From an uncultured delta proteobacterium (GTDB taxonomy: Bacteria > Desulfobacterota > Binatia > UBA9968), in contig CAVXEP010000019.1 of the NCBI GenBank assembly GCA_963760795.1, positions 128,001-192,000 of the forward strand: a DNA stretch of 64,000 bases. The letters are read 5' to 3'. Each line of letters begins with the position of its first letter. The first letter of the stretch is position 1. This document shows, in pieces, positions 51,875 to 63,135 of this stretch. The notes under the pieces are model-generated. The model was not told the DNA's origin. It was given only the letters and a program-made list of their open reading frames with translations, and searched no databases. Position numbers and translations under genes: made by a program.

Positions 51875-52424
51875 CGTTGCCTCCCTTCATCCTTGCATGC
51901 CTTGCTGGGGCGCGTCCTCCTTCACGATCACTATTGGCGGACCCGTCTGTTCGTCCTTGTCCGTTCCACACCGGGCCTGTGGATCGGGCAGATTTGGAAC
52001 TTGATCGTCCTCGGGCGCGTGCCCTTGCCGGTTTCCAGATGGACAGCTACCGACCCCTCGTTTTTTGGCGGAGAGTATCCGCTAAACAAGCGCTGTGTCA
52101 ACTTAGGCTTGGTTTGATAATCGTGATCGGGATCAAGATTGGGTCCTGGGCGTCGCTTTGGAATCTAAACAGTCAGAGCGATCATCTCAAGGAAAGCGGC
52201 AATGCCAGGCTTCGCTTCTTTGATAATTGCTATCTGCACCAATATGAGAAAACAAAACTCAGGCCCGACCCTGAATCCGGACTGAATCCCCGCGACCCTG
52301 AATACTAAATCTTGCCTCGAAGGAATGATGGAACCCATCCGCTAGGAAACTCTGGTCAATTCAAGACTCGCTTTCAAACCTATTTGCCGGGAATCCTCCA
52401 GTAAGCCGTGTTGCGTCCCTGGAT

Positions 52425-52856
52425 TTAAGTAACTAGCGGGTTTTGCCAGCGAAGATTTTTGACACGCGCGAAATCGCCGTCGGTGGAGCAGAGAATCAGT
52501 CCATGCTCGATCGCCAGAGCGGCGAGATGGGCATCCGGGACGAGGTTCGCTTACGTGCCGGACGCTTTCAGGAGCTCGCCGAGCACATCGCGATGCCGCT
52601 TCGTCGCCTCTGGTATCCAGGCTACCTCGCAGGCAAGTCATGCTTCGACTTGTTTCCATGCGTCCACCATCGTCGCAGCCATTTGGAAGACGCGTGAATT
52701 GGTGACGATGCGGAGAAACGCGAGCAAACTATGCCACGGCAAACCGACCCGCGAGGCGCCGTTGAATTGTGAATCGAGCCAGGCGCGCGCGCTGTTGTGT
52801 TGTTGGAACGAACGAACATGGGCGTAGACGAGCAGGTTAGCGTCGACAAAAATCAT
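52425..52856 (-). pseudogene. vapC: VapC PIN-domain toxin with two in-frame nonsense codons
   Basis: MIFVDANLLVYA...VEA*LACE...SGT*ANLVPDAHLAALAIEHG..STDGDFAR..WQNPL. Confidence 0.8.
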
Positions 52857-53101
52857 CTAAAGGACTCGCCTTCGGCCACCGCGAGAACTTCAGCGATGTT
52901 ATCCACGTGGCTACTCCGGGTTGGGCCAAGGTCCACTGAACGAATCCAAAAGACCTTGCGCTTCTTGGTCGGCGTCGTCAGGTTTTTCACGCCCTCGCGA
53001 AGTGCTAAGTTGCCGAGGTCTTTGAATTTTAGGCACCGCCCTTTGCATAGCCGTTTGAGTGATGCAACGACCTCGTCTTCCAGGGTGATGGTGGTACGCA
53101 C
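52853..53101 (-). CDS. vapB: VapB-type antitoxin (ribbon-helix-helix)
   Basis: MRTTITLEDEV...ALREG; overlaps the vapC start. Confidence 0.75.
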   Translation of the reverse strand: MRTTITLEDEVVASLKRLCKGRCLKFKDLGNLALREGVKNLTTPTKKRKVFWIRSVDLGPTRSSHVDNIAEVLAVAEGESFR

Positions 53102-53208
53102 GCATCAAAACAAAATCGAGTTGATACTTTGATGCAAGGCCGATAGTTGCACCGACTAGCGCCGGCCCGAAGCTCGATTTGGCCTAGAAGAAATGGGGAG
53201 TGGTTCCC

Positions 53209-54003
53209 CTAATCTCCCGCCAATCGTGCAAAGCGTTTTTTCATTAGGTCAATTTGCGTGAGATAGCGCTGCAGGCTGTGTGTGCCGCAACTGTCGCCGG
53301 GTTTTACGCGAAAACCGCCGGCGGCGAAAGTTTGTCCCCTTTGCAATCCGCAGAGATGAATCACGGCAGCCAGTTTTTGTTTTTGTCCAGGGCTGGCTTT
53401 AAGTGCGCGGCGAGCCGTCAAAGTATCGACCACGCTCTGGTGCAGATAGGCGGCGGTCAATTCGACTGCATGGCTCGGCAAGGTTCGAGTATAGAGGCCA
53501 TTAAACCAACAGGAATCCGAATTGTTTCCCGAATCCTTGGTCGCGACTTTGTGATCGCGGATGCAATACCTGCGCGCCTCGGCGAAAGTTCCGTCGGTCA
53601 GTTGAAACATGCCGAGGGCGCTCGAGGCCGGCCGATAGATCTCCAAAGGATTCCACGACCATTGCCAACGCCAGTAGGTGCGCGCAACGGGATTGCCGTC
53701 GCTCTCGACTTGCGCCAGCGCGGCGAGCAATTCCGGCGAGATAATGCTGGTGGAGTACTCCTCAAAAAGCGCGCCGTAACTCTGCCATGTCGAAGCCGGA
53801 GTTTTAGCCATGGAGCCACTGACCGGAGCGAAGAGCTCACCGGGTTTGCGGATCACCTGATAGACCAAGTTAAGCGTGAAGAACCCGGCAAGGCCAAGAA
53901 TGCACCACCAAACGATGCTTCGATTCCGGAGGAGTTTGGTAACGCGCCTCGACTTTCGCCTGGGGTACCGGACACCGCTATGGACGGTAGTTGTCACGGG
54001 CAA
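53209..54003 (-). CDS. lytic transglycosylase (SLT domain), membrane-anchored
   Basis: LAALAQVES.GNP.A and SSALGMFQ. Confidence 0.8.
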   Translation of the reverse strand: MPVTTTVHSGVRYPRRKSRRVTKLLRNRSIVWWCILGLAGFFTLNLVYQVIRKPGELFAPVSGSMAKTPASTWQSYGALFEEYSTSIISPELLAALAQVESDGNPVARTYWRWQWSWNPLEIYRPASSALGMFQLTDGTFAEARRYCIRDHKVATKDSGNNSDSCWFNGLYTRTLPSHAVELTAAYLHQSVVDTLTARRALKASPGQKQKLAAVIHLCGLQRGQTFAAGGFRVKPGDSCGTHSLQRYLTQIDLMKKRFARLAGD

Positions 54004-54368
54004 AGATTAACCTCTCGGTGACGATGCAACAAGTCTACATTGTGCTTTTAGGAATCTGGATTAGCAGCAACAATCGCTGAAGAGCGAACGCTACTGACGG
54101 TGCGGGGGGCGGTAAGGAAAATAAGCGATTCTTAGCGATTACAAGCACTGTTTTGACAAGCCCCTGACGTTGGTTCCACAGCGACAATGGCACATCGAAA
54201 CAACCCCTAGGTGTGCTGGCTTTCCCGGTGACTTTCCTAGGCGGTCGCGGGTGTACCCGAGGTGAATTGCGGGCGAAGTGTCATGAGTATGGCCTCAGCA
54301 CTAAATTCGACTGAACGGGATAAAGAATCTTTCCCTCCGGCAACTGAATTCAAGTGGGATAGGTCATC

Positions 54369-55076
54369 TCAAGAATTGGGCTCTATCGACCGCCTGGCGA
54401 GCGCCGCGGAGTTGGTTTTCGTTTCCGTTAGGAGACCGCCCAACTTGCTGAGTCTGTAATGCGATGATCCGTATACCAAACCGTCATCTAGCCGGCAGCC
54501 CAGGCTAACCGTCAACAGGAGTTGGCTGCGATATTCCATATCCATCTTGTGCTCGATCTCGATTTGATACCCGTCGATGAGGCCGGCCGGCGTGCTGAAC
54601 TGCGACGGTGAAATCCGTTTTACTAAATGGGTCACACGGCCGGACCGTTTGAGCTTGCCGGTCTCAACACTATACATTTTGTAGCCCGTCTGGCGCAGAA
54701 CGGCGCCGGTGGAATCGAATTCGGCGGGTAGCACGCGCAGTGCCGGTTCATAGATGACATAGCTCTTGCTGTTGAACAGGTCGAGCCGATCCATAATCAG
54801 GGCGCCCGAGCTGCTGCGCAAAGAGATGCGTCCGTAGTCGCCGAAGCTGAGCTTCCATCTTTTTTCATCCATAGGATCAGACTGGAATGTCACCGGCACC
54901 AGTCGTCCCTGGTCCTTGCCGTCGATGATCTTGAAATCCTTCCGCGAGCTGGTGAGAGGTATCAGTTCAGTGGCAGTGACGTGCTGCGGTAGGGATAGCG
55001 GCGGTGTGATGCCGGCGAACGTCGCCGTGGCAGCTAACAGCGCAAATACGAGAACGATGAGTGGTGGACAATGCAT
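54369..55076 (-). CDS. hypothetical secreted beta-rich protein
   Basis: signal peptide ending TFA; RBS AGGAG. Confidence 0.65.
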   Translation of the reverse strand: MHCPPLIVLVFALLAATATFAGITPPLSLPQHVTATELIPLTSSRKDFKIIDGKDQGRLVPVTFQSDPMDEKRWKLSFGDYGRISLRSSSGALIMDRLDLFNSKSYVIYEPALRVLPAEFDSTGAVLRQTGYKMYSVETGKLKRSGRVTHLVKRISPSQFSTPAGLIDGYQIEIEHKMDMEYRSQLLLTVSLGCRLDDGLVYGSSHYRLSKLGGLLTETKTNSAALARRSIEPNS

Positions 55077-55530
55077 CGGGTGCGGATGCTCCTATAATCA
55101 AAATTACAAAGGCACTGAAGCAAGAACAACCGCTTCCGAGTCACCATTGTGTCCTATAGTTTATCTGGATAATTACGAAAAGTAAGTAGGGGGGTGCTCG
55201 CGACTGCGTTTGGCGGAGCTCAAGGGTGGCTTTCATCCGGATTGATTCTTAGTCTCTTAGAACGGCAGACAGAGTTGACTGTCCTAATAGCGGGACACGA
55301 AGCGGCGACCAAAAATAGTGCATAAATTCCTGGCGAGGGAGTTTGTCACACTTTTTTTGGTGCTCGATCTACCGGTCGCCTGGCGGTGGACGTCGCGCAA
55401 TCAGTGGGTGGGTGGACTTCGAAGTATTGGTCGTTTTCTAGCAGGCCGTGCGCAGTTACCCTGCGGCATTTTTATTATTCCTGGGCGTCATCTTCCCGTA
55501 ATCCCCTTCCGTTGGAGAGTGTGTCGCAAC

Positions 55531-55620
55531 TGTCATTCGGAGGCGAAGCCGGAGAATCTCGTCATGGTAAATGGTAAATGGCAGACAAGACGCGTTCTCT
55601 CGGTGCGCTCGGGATGACAG
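55531..55620. repeat. TGTCAT...ATGACA REP-like element (related copies at 29603-29680)
   Basis: tgtcattcggaggcgaagccggagaatctc ... ctcgggatgacag; gagatccttcgc..ctcaggatgac. Confidence 0.45.
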
Positions 55621-55753
55621 GAATGGGGATTTTCGCGTTCCGAAAATGTCTATTGCCGGAGAGGGCCAAGGGGGAGGGGTAGTTAAAACTTGATTACAAC
55701 CGTCATTATAGAATCGCCGGGCTGTGGCTCGGTCGCCAGCGGCCAGCGTAAAA

Positions 55754-57002
55754 TCAAAGCAACTCTCTGATGGGAAAAGAGAATAGCTCAAAGAACTTTT
55801 CCTTAAATCCACGCGAGTCCCACTCTTGGTAGGATATTTTTTTGGCATGTTTGAGGTCTTCCTCAAAGATCTCTTCGAGACGGTGCGCGAAGGCGCTGTC
55901 GTAAACTGTAAGATTCAGTTCTTCGTTCAGAGCGAATGATCGGTTGTCGAAGTTGGTGCTGCCGATGGTTGCCCAAATGCCGTCCACGACCATGGTTTTT
56001 GCATGCATAAGAGCGGGCAGATATTCGAAGATCTGAACGCCGCCGAGCAGCAGCTTGCCGAAGTTACTCCGGCTGGCTCGATAAACAATTTTGTGATCTA
56101 TCTTATCCGGTACCAGCACGGTTACTCGGACACCCCGGGCAACGGCCTCGAGCAGAGCGTTGACCATCCGATCGTCGGGGATGAAATATGGATTGGTAAT
56201 CGAGATTGATTTTCTCGCGGAGGCGATGGAGATCAAAAAAAGCATGTAGTTTTGAAAGCTGCCGCCGATCGGCGAGCTCTTGACGATTTGCGCCGAAATT
56301 TTTCCGCGCGGCTCGAGGCGTGGGAAATAATCATCGCCGCCGAGCAGCGTTCCGGTCGTCTCCAGCCAACTCTCGGCGAACGCAGCTTGGAGGTTTTTTA
56401 CCAGTGGTCCCTCGATCCGCGCATTGGTTTCGCGCCAATGATTTGCCGTGCGGCCGTCTCCGGTCCAGGCATCACTTATTCCATACCCGCCGGTGAACCC
56501 GACCCGACCATCGATTACGAGAATACGTCGATGGTTGCGATAGTTGTATCTCAGCAATTTCCAAATGAATAATACCTGCGGTGCTTCGACCCTGCGGAAC
56601 AACTCCACCTGACAACCGGCATCGCGCATTATCTCGGGTATCTCAGCGGGCGTATTGGTTCCATGGCTGTCTAAAAGTATGTTGACGACGACCCCTGCCC
56701 GGCAACGTTCGGCAAATGCTTTCGCCAATTCGTAAGCGATCGAACCGTCTTCGTAGAGGTACTGGGCGAAGGTGATCGAGCGTTTAGCGAGTTTTATGTC
56801 GCGTAACATTGGCGGGAAGGTTTCATCGCCATTGAGCAAAATATCGACGCGGTTTTCGCCGACGATCGGCGCATCTGTGTGGGCTTCAATGGTAGGGAAA
56901 AATGATGGTTCGCCGAGAGTCAATTCCGGGATTTTGTAGACCGGGAGTACTTTGGCGCAACTCGATACCAGACATATCACAAGCAACCAGACGAGTTTTC
57001 AT
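55754..57002 (-). CDS. cardiolipin synthase-like phospholipase D, predicted lipoprotein (indel near start)
   Basis: RNHRRILVID and MHAKTMVVD motifs, GSTNFDNRS; lipobox-like VSSC. Confidence 0.85.
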
Positions 57003-57406
57003 AATCGAGGACTCCACAAAGTTAGTTGACCGACATATTAAAACAAGTTGAATATCTCAATTCAGCACTCCGGGATCATCTCAATACCCGCTGGTCAACA
57101 CCCAGGGCTGAGACCCTTCAGCACGCATTGTTCGGTTTTGGGGGGTCGGGGCTGAGTATGGAATATTCTGAAATGACGGGCCAGCTTCTGCTCTGTTTGC
57201 TTCTCCCGATGCAGACGGCGCCCCAACTCCGTGGTTGTGAGCTCACTCAATTCCCGCGCCAGATACGCGAAGTGCGCTCTGTCCGCGACCCACTGCTGCT
57301 ACCCTCCTGATTGAATCAACGCTCTACGGGTCGATTCGCGCAAGGCACAGATCGCTTCAACCAGCCGGGCGAAACTAACCGTCTGGGCTTTTTATCGCCA
57401 TTGCCT

Positions 57407-57799
57407 TCAGGAAATAACCGCGATCGCATTGATCTCCATCAGCAGCTCTGGGCGCGCCAATGCCACCACCTGCACCATCGTGCTGGTTGGGAAGTTTGAT
57501 CCCAGGACCTCACGCCGCGTTTCGTTTATGTCGCGGTGATTACGCACATCCGTGGTGAAGACGTTGAGCGCGACGACATCGTTCATCGTGCCGCCGGCGG
57601 CTTCGACGGCGCGTTGAATCTTGCCCAATATGAAACGCGTCTGTGCCCGCGCATCGCCGGCGCCGACGACCTTGCCCTCATGATCTGAAGCCGTCTGCCC
57701 GGCGATGAATACCATCCGCCCCGGCTGGGCAATGTTGACCAGCGAATAACTCCCGCGCGGCACTGGCAAGCCATCGGGATTGAGTGCGGTCTTTGCCAT
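57407..57799 (-). CDS. RidA/YjgF family protein
   Basis: YS..VFIAGQ, PTSTMVQV.ALA and MEINAIA. Confidence 0.88.
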   Translation of the reverse strand: MAKTALNPDGLPVPRGSYSLVNIAQPGRMVFIAGQTASDHEGKVVGAGDARAQTRFILGKIQRAVEAAGGTMNDVVALNVFTTDVRNHRDINETRREVLGSNFPTSTMVQVVALARPELLMEINAIAVIS

Positions 57800-58200
57800 C
57801 GGAATATCCTCCTTTTAACGTAGTGAGCTTTAGATCTTTAACAGGTTATGAGCAAGAGTTTCGGACCACTCTATTACCTTGCCGGACCAACTCGCCCAGA
57901 GCCAGTTTCCCCACGATGCTTACGCCAGCTGTTCCACTGTCGCTGCTGACGGATCGCCTTTTCACCAATTCGCCATGACGATCGGATGATGATGACAAAT
58001 ACCGTTCCGTCCAGAAAATAGAAAGTGCTAAGGATGTCCCCAGCGTTCGGCGATTAAGCCGCAGATAGTGGTGAGACCGAGCTTAGCGAGGACTGCGAGC
58101 TCGAGAGGATTCTTACGGTGCTAACCGGCGTCACTGCGCTTTCGGTTCTTGGAATCGTCTGTCTTAGTGAGTATTCTACGCGGCAGAGGTGAATTGTTAG

Positions 58201-59421
58201 ATGCTTCCTCAAGAACACAACGAGCTATTGACCAGGACCGCGGCGGGGACGCCGATGGGAAATCTTATGCGGCGTTATTGGATTCCGGCGCTGTTATCCG
58301 AGGAGATCCCGGAGCCTGATTGTCCGCCGGTGCGGGTGCCCATCCTAAGCGAGAAGCTGGTGGCGTATCGCGACAGCCAGGGACGGGTGGGGTTGTTGGG
58401 AGAGCACTGTTTGCATCGCGGCACTTCGCTGTTTTTCGGGCGCAACGAGGAATGCGGCCTGCGCTGCATTTACCATGGCTGGAAATACGACACGGACGGT
58501 AACGTGCTCGACACGCCGGCGGAACCGGCCGGCAGCGACTTCAAGACCAAGCTCAAACATATCGCCTATCCGACGGTGGAAGCGGCGGGGATCGTCTTTG
58601 CCTATCTGGGACCGCGCGACAAGATGCCGCTGTTGCCGAACTACGAATGGGCGCAACTGCCCAAGGAGCAGACCTACGTCACTAAAGCGCTGATGGATTG
58701 CAACTACTTGCAGGGGCTTGAAGGCGAATGCGATTCGTCGCACCTGTCGTTCTTGCACCGGGAGTTCGGCGCCACAGGTCGCCGCCAATTGTTCGCATTG
58801 GATTCGGCGCCGGCCTATGAAACCGACGAGACCGACTTCGGCGTGCGCTTGATCGCGACGCGCAATGCCGGACCCGACAGCCAGTACGTGCGGGTGTCGA
58901 GCTTTGTCATGCCGATCGCCTGCTGGGTGCCGGCGCGCAACCGCGAGACGCATATTTATGTGCCGGTCGACGACGAACACGCGTGGCGCTACGATCTGGG
59001 TTTTCTGCAGGACCGCAAGCCGACGCTAGAAGACTGGAATCGCAAAACTCAAATCGGCCCCGACTACCGCAAGATCCGCAACCTGCAGAATAACTATCTG
59101 CAAGACCGCCAAGTCCAGGCGACGGTGAATTACACCGGCATCGAAAACTTTCTCAATCACGACGGCTGCGCCACCGAGACCATGGGACCGATCTATGATC
59201 GCTCGCGCGAGCATTTGGGGGTGAGCGACAAGGCGGTGATCGCCGTGCGTAAATACCTCATCAATGCGGTCAATGAATTTCAGACCGGTAAAGAACCGCC
59301 ACACATCGTGCGCGACGCGGCGCGCAATCGCTTCCCGCACATCGATACGTTTGCGCAAACCATCCCGGCGAATATCAACTGGCGCGATCGTTTCGCGCAT
59401 CTGACGTTCACCGCGGCGTAA
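58201..59421 (+). CDS. Rieske non-heme iron oxygenase (phthalate 4,5-dioxygenase/LigX-like)
   Basis: GTPMGNLMRRYWIP, CLHRG..CIYHGW and EGECDSSHLSFLH. Confidence 0.9.
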   Translation: MLPQEHNELLTRTAAGTPMGNLMRRYWIPALLSEEIPEPDCPPVRVPILSEKLVAYRDSQGRVGLLGEHCLHRGTSLFFGRNEECGLRCIYHGWKYDTDGNVLDTPAEPAGSDFKTKLKHIAYPTVEAAGIVFAYLGPRDKMPLLPNYEWAQLPKEQTYVTKALMDCNYLQGLEGECDSSHLSFLHREFGATGRRQLFALDSAPAYETDETDFGVRLIATRNAGPDSQYVRVSSFVMPIACWVPARNRETHIYVPVDDEHAWRYDLGFLQDRKPTLEDWNRKTQIGPDYRKIRNLQNNYLQDRQVQATVNYTGIENFLNHDGCATETMGPIYDRSREHLGVSDKAVIAVRKYLINAVNEFQTGKEPPHIVRDAARNRFPHIDTFAQTIPANINWRDRFAHLTFTAA

Positions 59422-59484
59422 AGCAGCGGGGCAGACCGAACTTGGCCTTTCCGGATGCGCGCCGGCCTTGACCGTCAGTTCCGC

Positions 59485-60618
59485 CTAGGGGATCAACTGG
59501 CGCGCAATCTCCATGGCTGGCCGGCGGTACTTATTGATGGCGTCTTCCAAGTGATTTTGTAGCTTGTAATAGCTCTCGAGGGTGAGCGAGTCCTTGGCGG
59601 CATGGACGCCAAAGGCCCTGAGCGACTTGGTGTCGACGTCGAGCCGGCGCGTCGCCTGGCCGATCGCTGTACCGAAAGTCTCCTGGCCTTCTTTGCTGAG
59701 CAGCCAATTGATAAACACTTTGGTCGCATTCGGATGAGGCGGGTTCTTGACGATGGTCACTGTACCGCTGCCGTTGCTCGTGTAAGTGCCTTCCTTGGGT
59801 ACTGGCAGCGCTTTGACCGGCAACCCCGCTTTAAGGAACGGCTCGAGAGTGTAGTAGGATATGCCGATGGTCAGTGAGATTTTTCCCTTGGCCAGCGCCT
59901 CGCCCAACAGTCTCTGATTGGTGCTGACCAGGAGATCCTGCTGGACGAGTCTCTTGAGAAATTCCTCGCCCTTGATCATCCATAAAAACGTCCAGGTGGA
60001 GTGGCCGGCGCCGGGGTTGCGCGGATCGAGAATGGCGATTTTGCCTTTCCACTTGGGATGCAACAGGTCGTCATAGGAGCGGATCTCTTCCGCTTTCACC
60101 AGTTCCGTGTTGTGCCAGAGATTGTCGCTGGTGAAGGCTTCGAAGGAATAGATAAACCGTTTGCCGCCCTGGTTGTCGCCCCAGATGTGGCCGCCCCACC
60201 ATTGTTTGGGATCTTTGACTTCCGGCGAAATCATATAGGGTTCGAACGGTTCGGCGATGGCCGGCTCGACGAAACCGTAGAGCATGGTGTCGGTGCCGCC
60301 GATGCTGAGATCGAAGTTGCGAATCCCGGCTTTGTACTCTTCGGCGATTTTCCTGACGTTCTGCGGCCCGCGGCTCGGCGACAATTCAATCTCGATGCCC
60401 GGGAATTTGGCTTTGAACGCCGCTTCGAGCTGTTTCCTTAGATCGGCGCTGGCCGGAATCCCGGCGACGAGCTTGCCTTCTTTCTTCGCCGCCGCCACGG
60501 TGCGCTCCCATTCCGCCGTGGCGCCCGTCTGGGAATGCGCTCGGTTCGAGATCAATAGCAGGACGCCCTGGGCGCCGACCAAACTCCAAATCAGTAAGGC
60601 GGTCAAAGTTGTTTTCAT
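59485..60618 (-). CDS. extracellular solute-binding protein
   Basis: signal peptide, AAAKKEGKL, DLLHPKWKGKI and PPHPNATKVFINWLLSKEGQ. Confidence 0.85.
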   Translation of the reverse strand: MKTTLTALLIWSLVGAQGVLLLISNRAHSQTGATAEWERTVAAAKKEGKLVAGIPASADLRKQLEAAFKAKFPGIEIELSPSRGPQNVRKIAEEYKAGIRNFDLSIGGTDTMLYGFVEPAIAEPFEPYMISPEVKDPKQWWGGHIWGDNQGGKRFIYSFEAFTSDNLWHNTELVKAEEIRSYDDLLHPKWKGKIAILDPRNPGAGHSTWTFLWMIKGEEFLKRLVQQDLLVSTNQRLLGEALAKGKISLTIGISYYTLEPFLKAGLPVKALPVPKEGTYTSNGSGTVTIVKNPPHPNATKVFINWLLSKEGQETFGTAIGQATRRLDVDTKSLRAFGVHAAKDSLTLESYYKLQNHLEDAINKYRRPAMEIARQLIP

Positions 60619-60689
60619 AGCGGTTCCTTTCCGCTTAGTGGATACTGTTTCCATTGCGGTGACTTGTGCTGCAAGCGCATCCGGCACAC

Positions 60690-61655
60690 TTATGCCCTCA
60701 GCGTTTGATGAAAAAACAGCTCTTCCAGCGCCGGCTCGCGATTAAGCAGCCCTTGTTGGATCTGGCAGCGGATCAATGCCGCGAGGGATTTACGAGTGGA
60801 GTCGTCGAATGTATAGCCGTACGGGTCGTAACCGATAACCTCCCTCAGCCAGCGCGCTTCGTCTCTTTCTTCATCGCTCATGTACTTTTCATCCAGAGCA
60901 CGCGCTTTGCGGAAGGCGGCAAGCAGGCTGTCGATGACCCAAGGGTGCTTCTCCACCAGCTTTTCCTGCAGGACCAGCGTATGGATCACCGGGATCACTT
61001 GGGTGCGCCGAAAGTAGTCGGCTTCCTCGCGGCGGTGGTCCGAGAGCAAACGGCGTAGTCTAGGATTTTTTGCCAGCGATCCGTAGGGCTCCAAGGCGGC
61101 GTCGATGACGCCGTTCTCCACCAGTTCGATGGCGTGCTCGCGGGTTCTCGGCGCAGCGATGAAGTTCACGGTAACCGACTTCGGCGGCGCCACGTTGGCC
61201 TCCTCGCCGACATCGGGCTCCGCCACGTACCACGCCATTTGCTCTGGTGCGACGCCGTATTCGTCCTGGAGCAGCGCGCGCAACCAAACGGCGGTAGTGG
61301 CGTTGTAGCGATGGGCGGTGACGCGCTTGCCCTTGAGCTCGGATGGATGGCTGAGGGTGGAGGCCGTCGAACAATAAAAGCAGCGATGACGAAACTGGCG
61401 CGCCGGAAAAACCGGCAGGCCGCGAAGCGGCATGCCTCTCATGCGCGCTAGAATCAGCGAGGAGGTCGAACATTCGCCGCCGTCGATGGCGGCGCCGAGG
61501 ATCGCCCGATGGCGCGCGCCGGTATTATCCAGGCCGTCGCCGAATTGGCTCTCGCAGCGCAATTGTATCCCGTCGGGCTGAACACTGCCGTCGAACAACG
61601 CGCGGGTCCGCGGCGTTACCGCCATACCCAAGGTAAGGTCGATTGAATCCGCCAT
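60690..61655 (-). CDS. 4,5-dihydroxyphthalate decarboxylase-like protein
   Basis: RTRALFDGSV.PDG, LPVFPARQFRH, TAVWLRALL.DEYG and PVIHTLV. Confidence 0.75.
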   Translation of the reverse strand: MADSIDLTLGMAVTPRTRALFDGSVQPDGIQLRCESQFGDGLDNTGARHRAILGAAIDGGECSTSSLILARMRGMPLRGLPVFPARQFRHRCFYCSTASTLSHPSELKGKRVTAHRYNATTAVWLRALLQDEYGVAPEQMAWYVAEPDVGEEANVAPPKSVTVNFIAAPRTREHAIELVENGVIDAALEPYGSLAKNPRLRRLLSDHRREEADYFRRTQVIPVIHTLVLQEKLVEKHPWVIDSLLAAFRKARALDEKYMSDEERDEARWLREVIGYDPYGYTFDDSTRKSLAALIRCQIQQGLLNREPALEELFFHQTLRA

Positions 61656-61992
61656 GTCATGCCTCACGAAGCCTCACATCCAAGCCAGCCGCGATTTTTC
61701 TTTCATCCGCAGCGCATGCGCATTGCAGCCCCAGGCGCTTATTCGTTCGGAAAAGTGGCGCATTTTTTACCATTGATAGCGAAAAGAAATTCTGACCCGC
61801 GCGCGAACATCGCACAGGATCGGCGCCGTTGCAATTCTCCCGGGAGTACCGAGCGATCTCACTCACTTCAGTCATGCATATCGGCCGCCGCAGGTGGGGG
61901 ATGTCTGGGGCCAGGTCTGCATCGCTAAATTAACCGAGGACCGTCCAACCTCTCCAAGTTTCAAAGCCGAATTTTACCTCGCGAATGTTCAC

Positions 61993-63048
61993 CTAGCGGT
62001 CTGGCAAGCGTTCTCCGCCGGCGATCCGGTTGAGCAGGATGACTACCTCGGGGTCGCGGGGAACTTCTTGGATGACTTTTTGCAGCTCCTCGGGCATCAG
62101 CGGCGTGGGTTCTTCGCCGACGAGCTTGCGAAACGATACGGCGAAACCCGGATCGTTAAGCGCTTTGCGCATCGCTGCCTGTAAAACTTCCGCTCGATCG
62201 CGCGGCGTGTTCGGCGGTAAAACGATCGCCAAGCCGCTCAGGCGAATGGCGCGCTGCAGCGCCAACACTTTTCTCTCTTTATCCGACTTAGCGAAGGTTT
62301 CAATTTCCGGCAGATGCGCAAACCTGGGGTGACGGTTGCCCTTGGGGGTTTCGAGGACGGCGTGAAAGTCGACGAGCGCTTTATCCACCCATTCCGGGGT
62401 GCGCTGCATGATGGAAGAGACCAAATTTGACCGTGCATCGACTTCGCCGCGCTGTATCGCTAAATCGATCTCCGGGCCGGAATAACCGACCACGAACTTG
62501 GGATCTTTGAGGCCCAAGAGGAACGCGAACAGCCGGCCGGTGATGTAGATCGTGTGGCCGATGGATTGAGCGCCGATTCTAATGCCGGCGGCGCTGCGGA
62601 GTTTTTCGAGACTGCTGCCGCCGACTTCCCTGCGCGTGAAAAAAATATGCTGCGTCATGGTATCGGTGGAGCCGAGATAGATGAACTTGTTGAGATCGTA
62701 GAGCACTCCGGTCTCGCCCTGGATCGCTGCCGCCACCAGGGTGTTTCCCATGCTGCCAATGATCAAACCGTCCGGTTTTGCCATGCGGAAAACATGGTTG
62801 GCGGCCTTCCGTCCACCCCCGCCGGGCATGTATTCGGTTACGATTGTCGGATTTCCTGGAATATACTTTTGCAGAAAGGGCAGGAGCGATTTTATCCGCA
62901 CGTCGCTGGTGCCGCCGGCGTCGCTGCTGACGATGACAGCGATTGTCTTACCTTGATAAAAGGGTGCCTGAGCGTAAATGGCATCATTGAACACCGCTGT
63001 AAACGGCAACAGGAGCGCCAAGCGGCGCAAGAATGTTGGCCGCTTCAT
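61993..63048 (-). CDS. tripartite tricarboxylate transporter (Bug/TctC-like) binding protein
   Basis: FYQGKTI, IPGNPTIV.EYMPGGGG, KPDGL and LAIQRGEVD. Confidence 0.85.
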   Translation of the reverse strand: MKRPTFLRRLALLLPFTAVFNDAIYAQAPFYQGKTIAVIVSSDAGGTSDVRIKSLLPFLQKYIPGNPTIVTEYMPGGGGRKAANHVFRMAKPDGLIIGSMGNTLVAAAIQGETGVLYDLNKFIYLGSTDTMTQHIFFTRREVGGSSLEKLRSAAGIRIGAQSIGHTIYITGRLFAFLLGLKDPKFVVGYSGPEIDLAIQRGEVDARSNLVSSIMQRTPEWVDKALVDFHAVLETPKGNRHPRFAHLPEIETFAKSDKERKVLALQRAIRLSGLAIVLPPNTPRDRAEVLQAAMRKALNDPGFAVSFRKLVGEEPTPLMPEELQKVIQEVPRDPEVVILLNRIAGGERLPDR

Positions 63049-63135
63049 CCTCGACCCTCCCGGTGAATGACGCAGACCAGCATCGCGGACTCTACCCGCT
63101 TATCGTGGGCGAAAGCGCGTGTAGCAAGGCCATTG

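Noticed and set aside
54060-54360. Possible riboswitch or sRNA upstream of the lytic transglycosylase
   Set aside because: Only weak stems and no recognisable consensus
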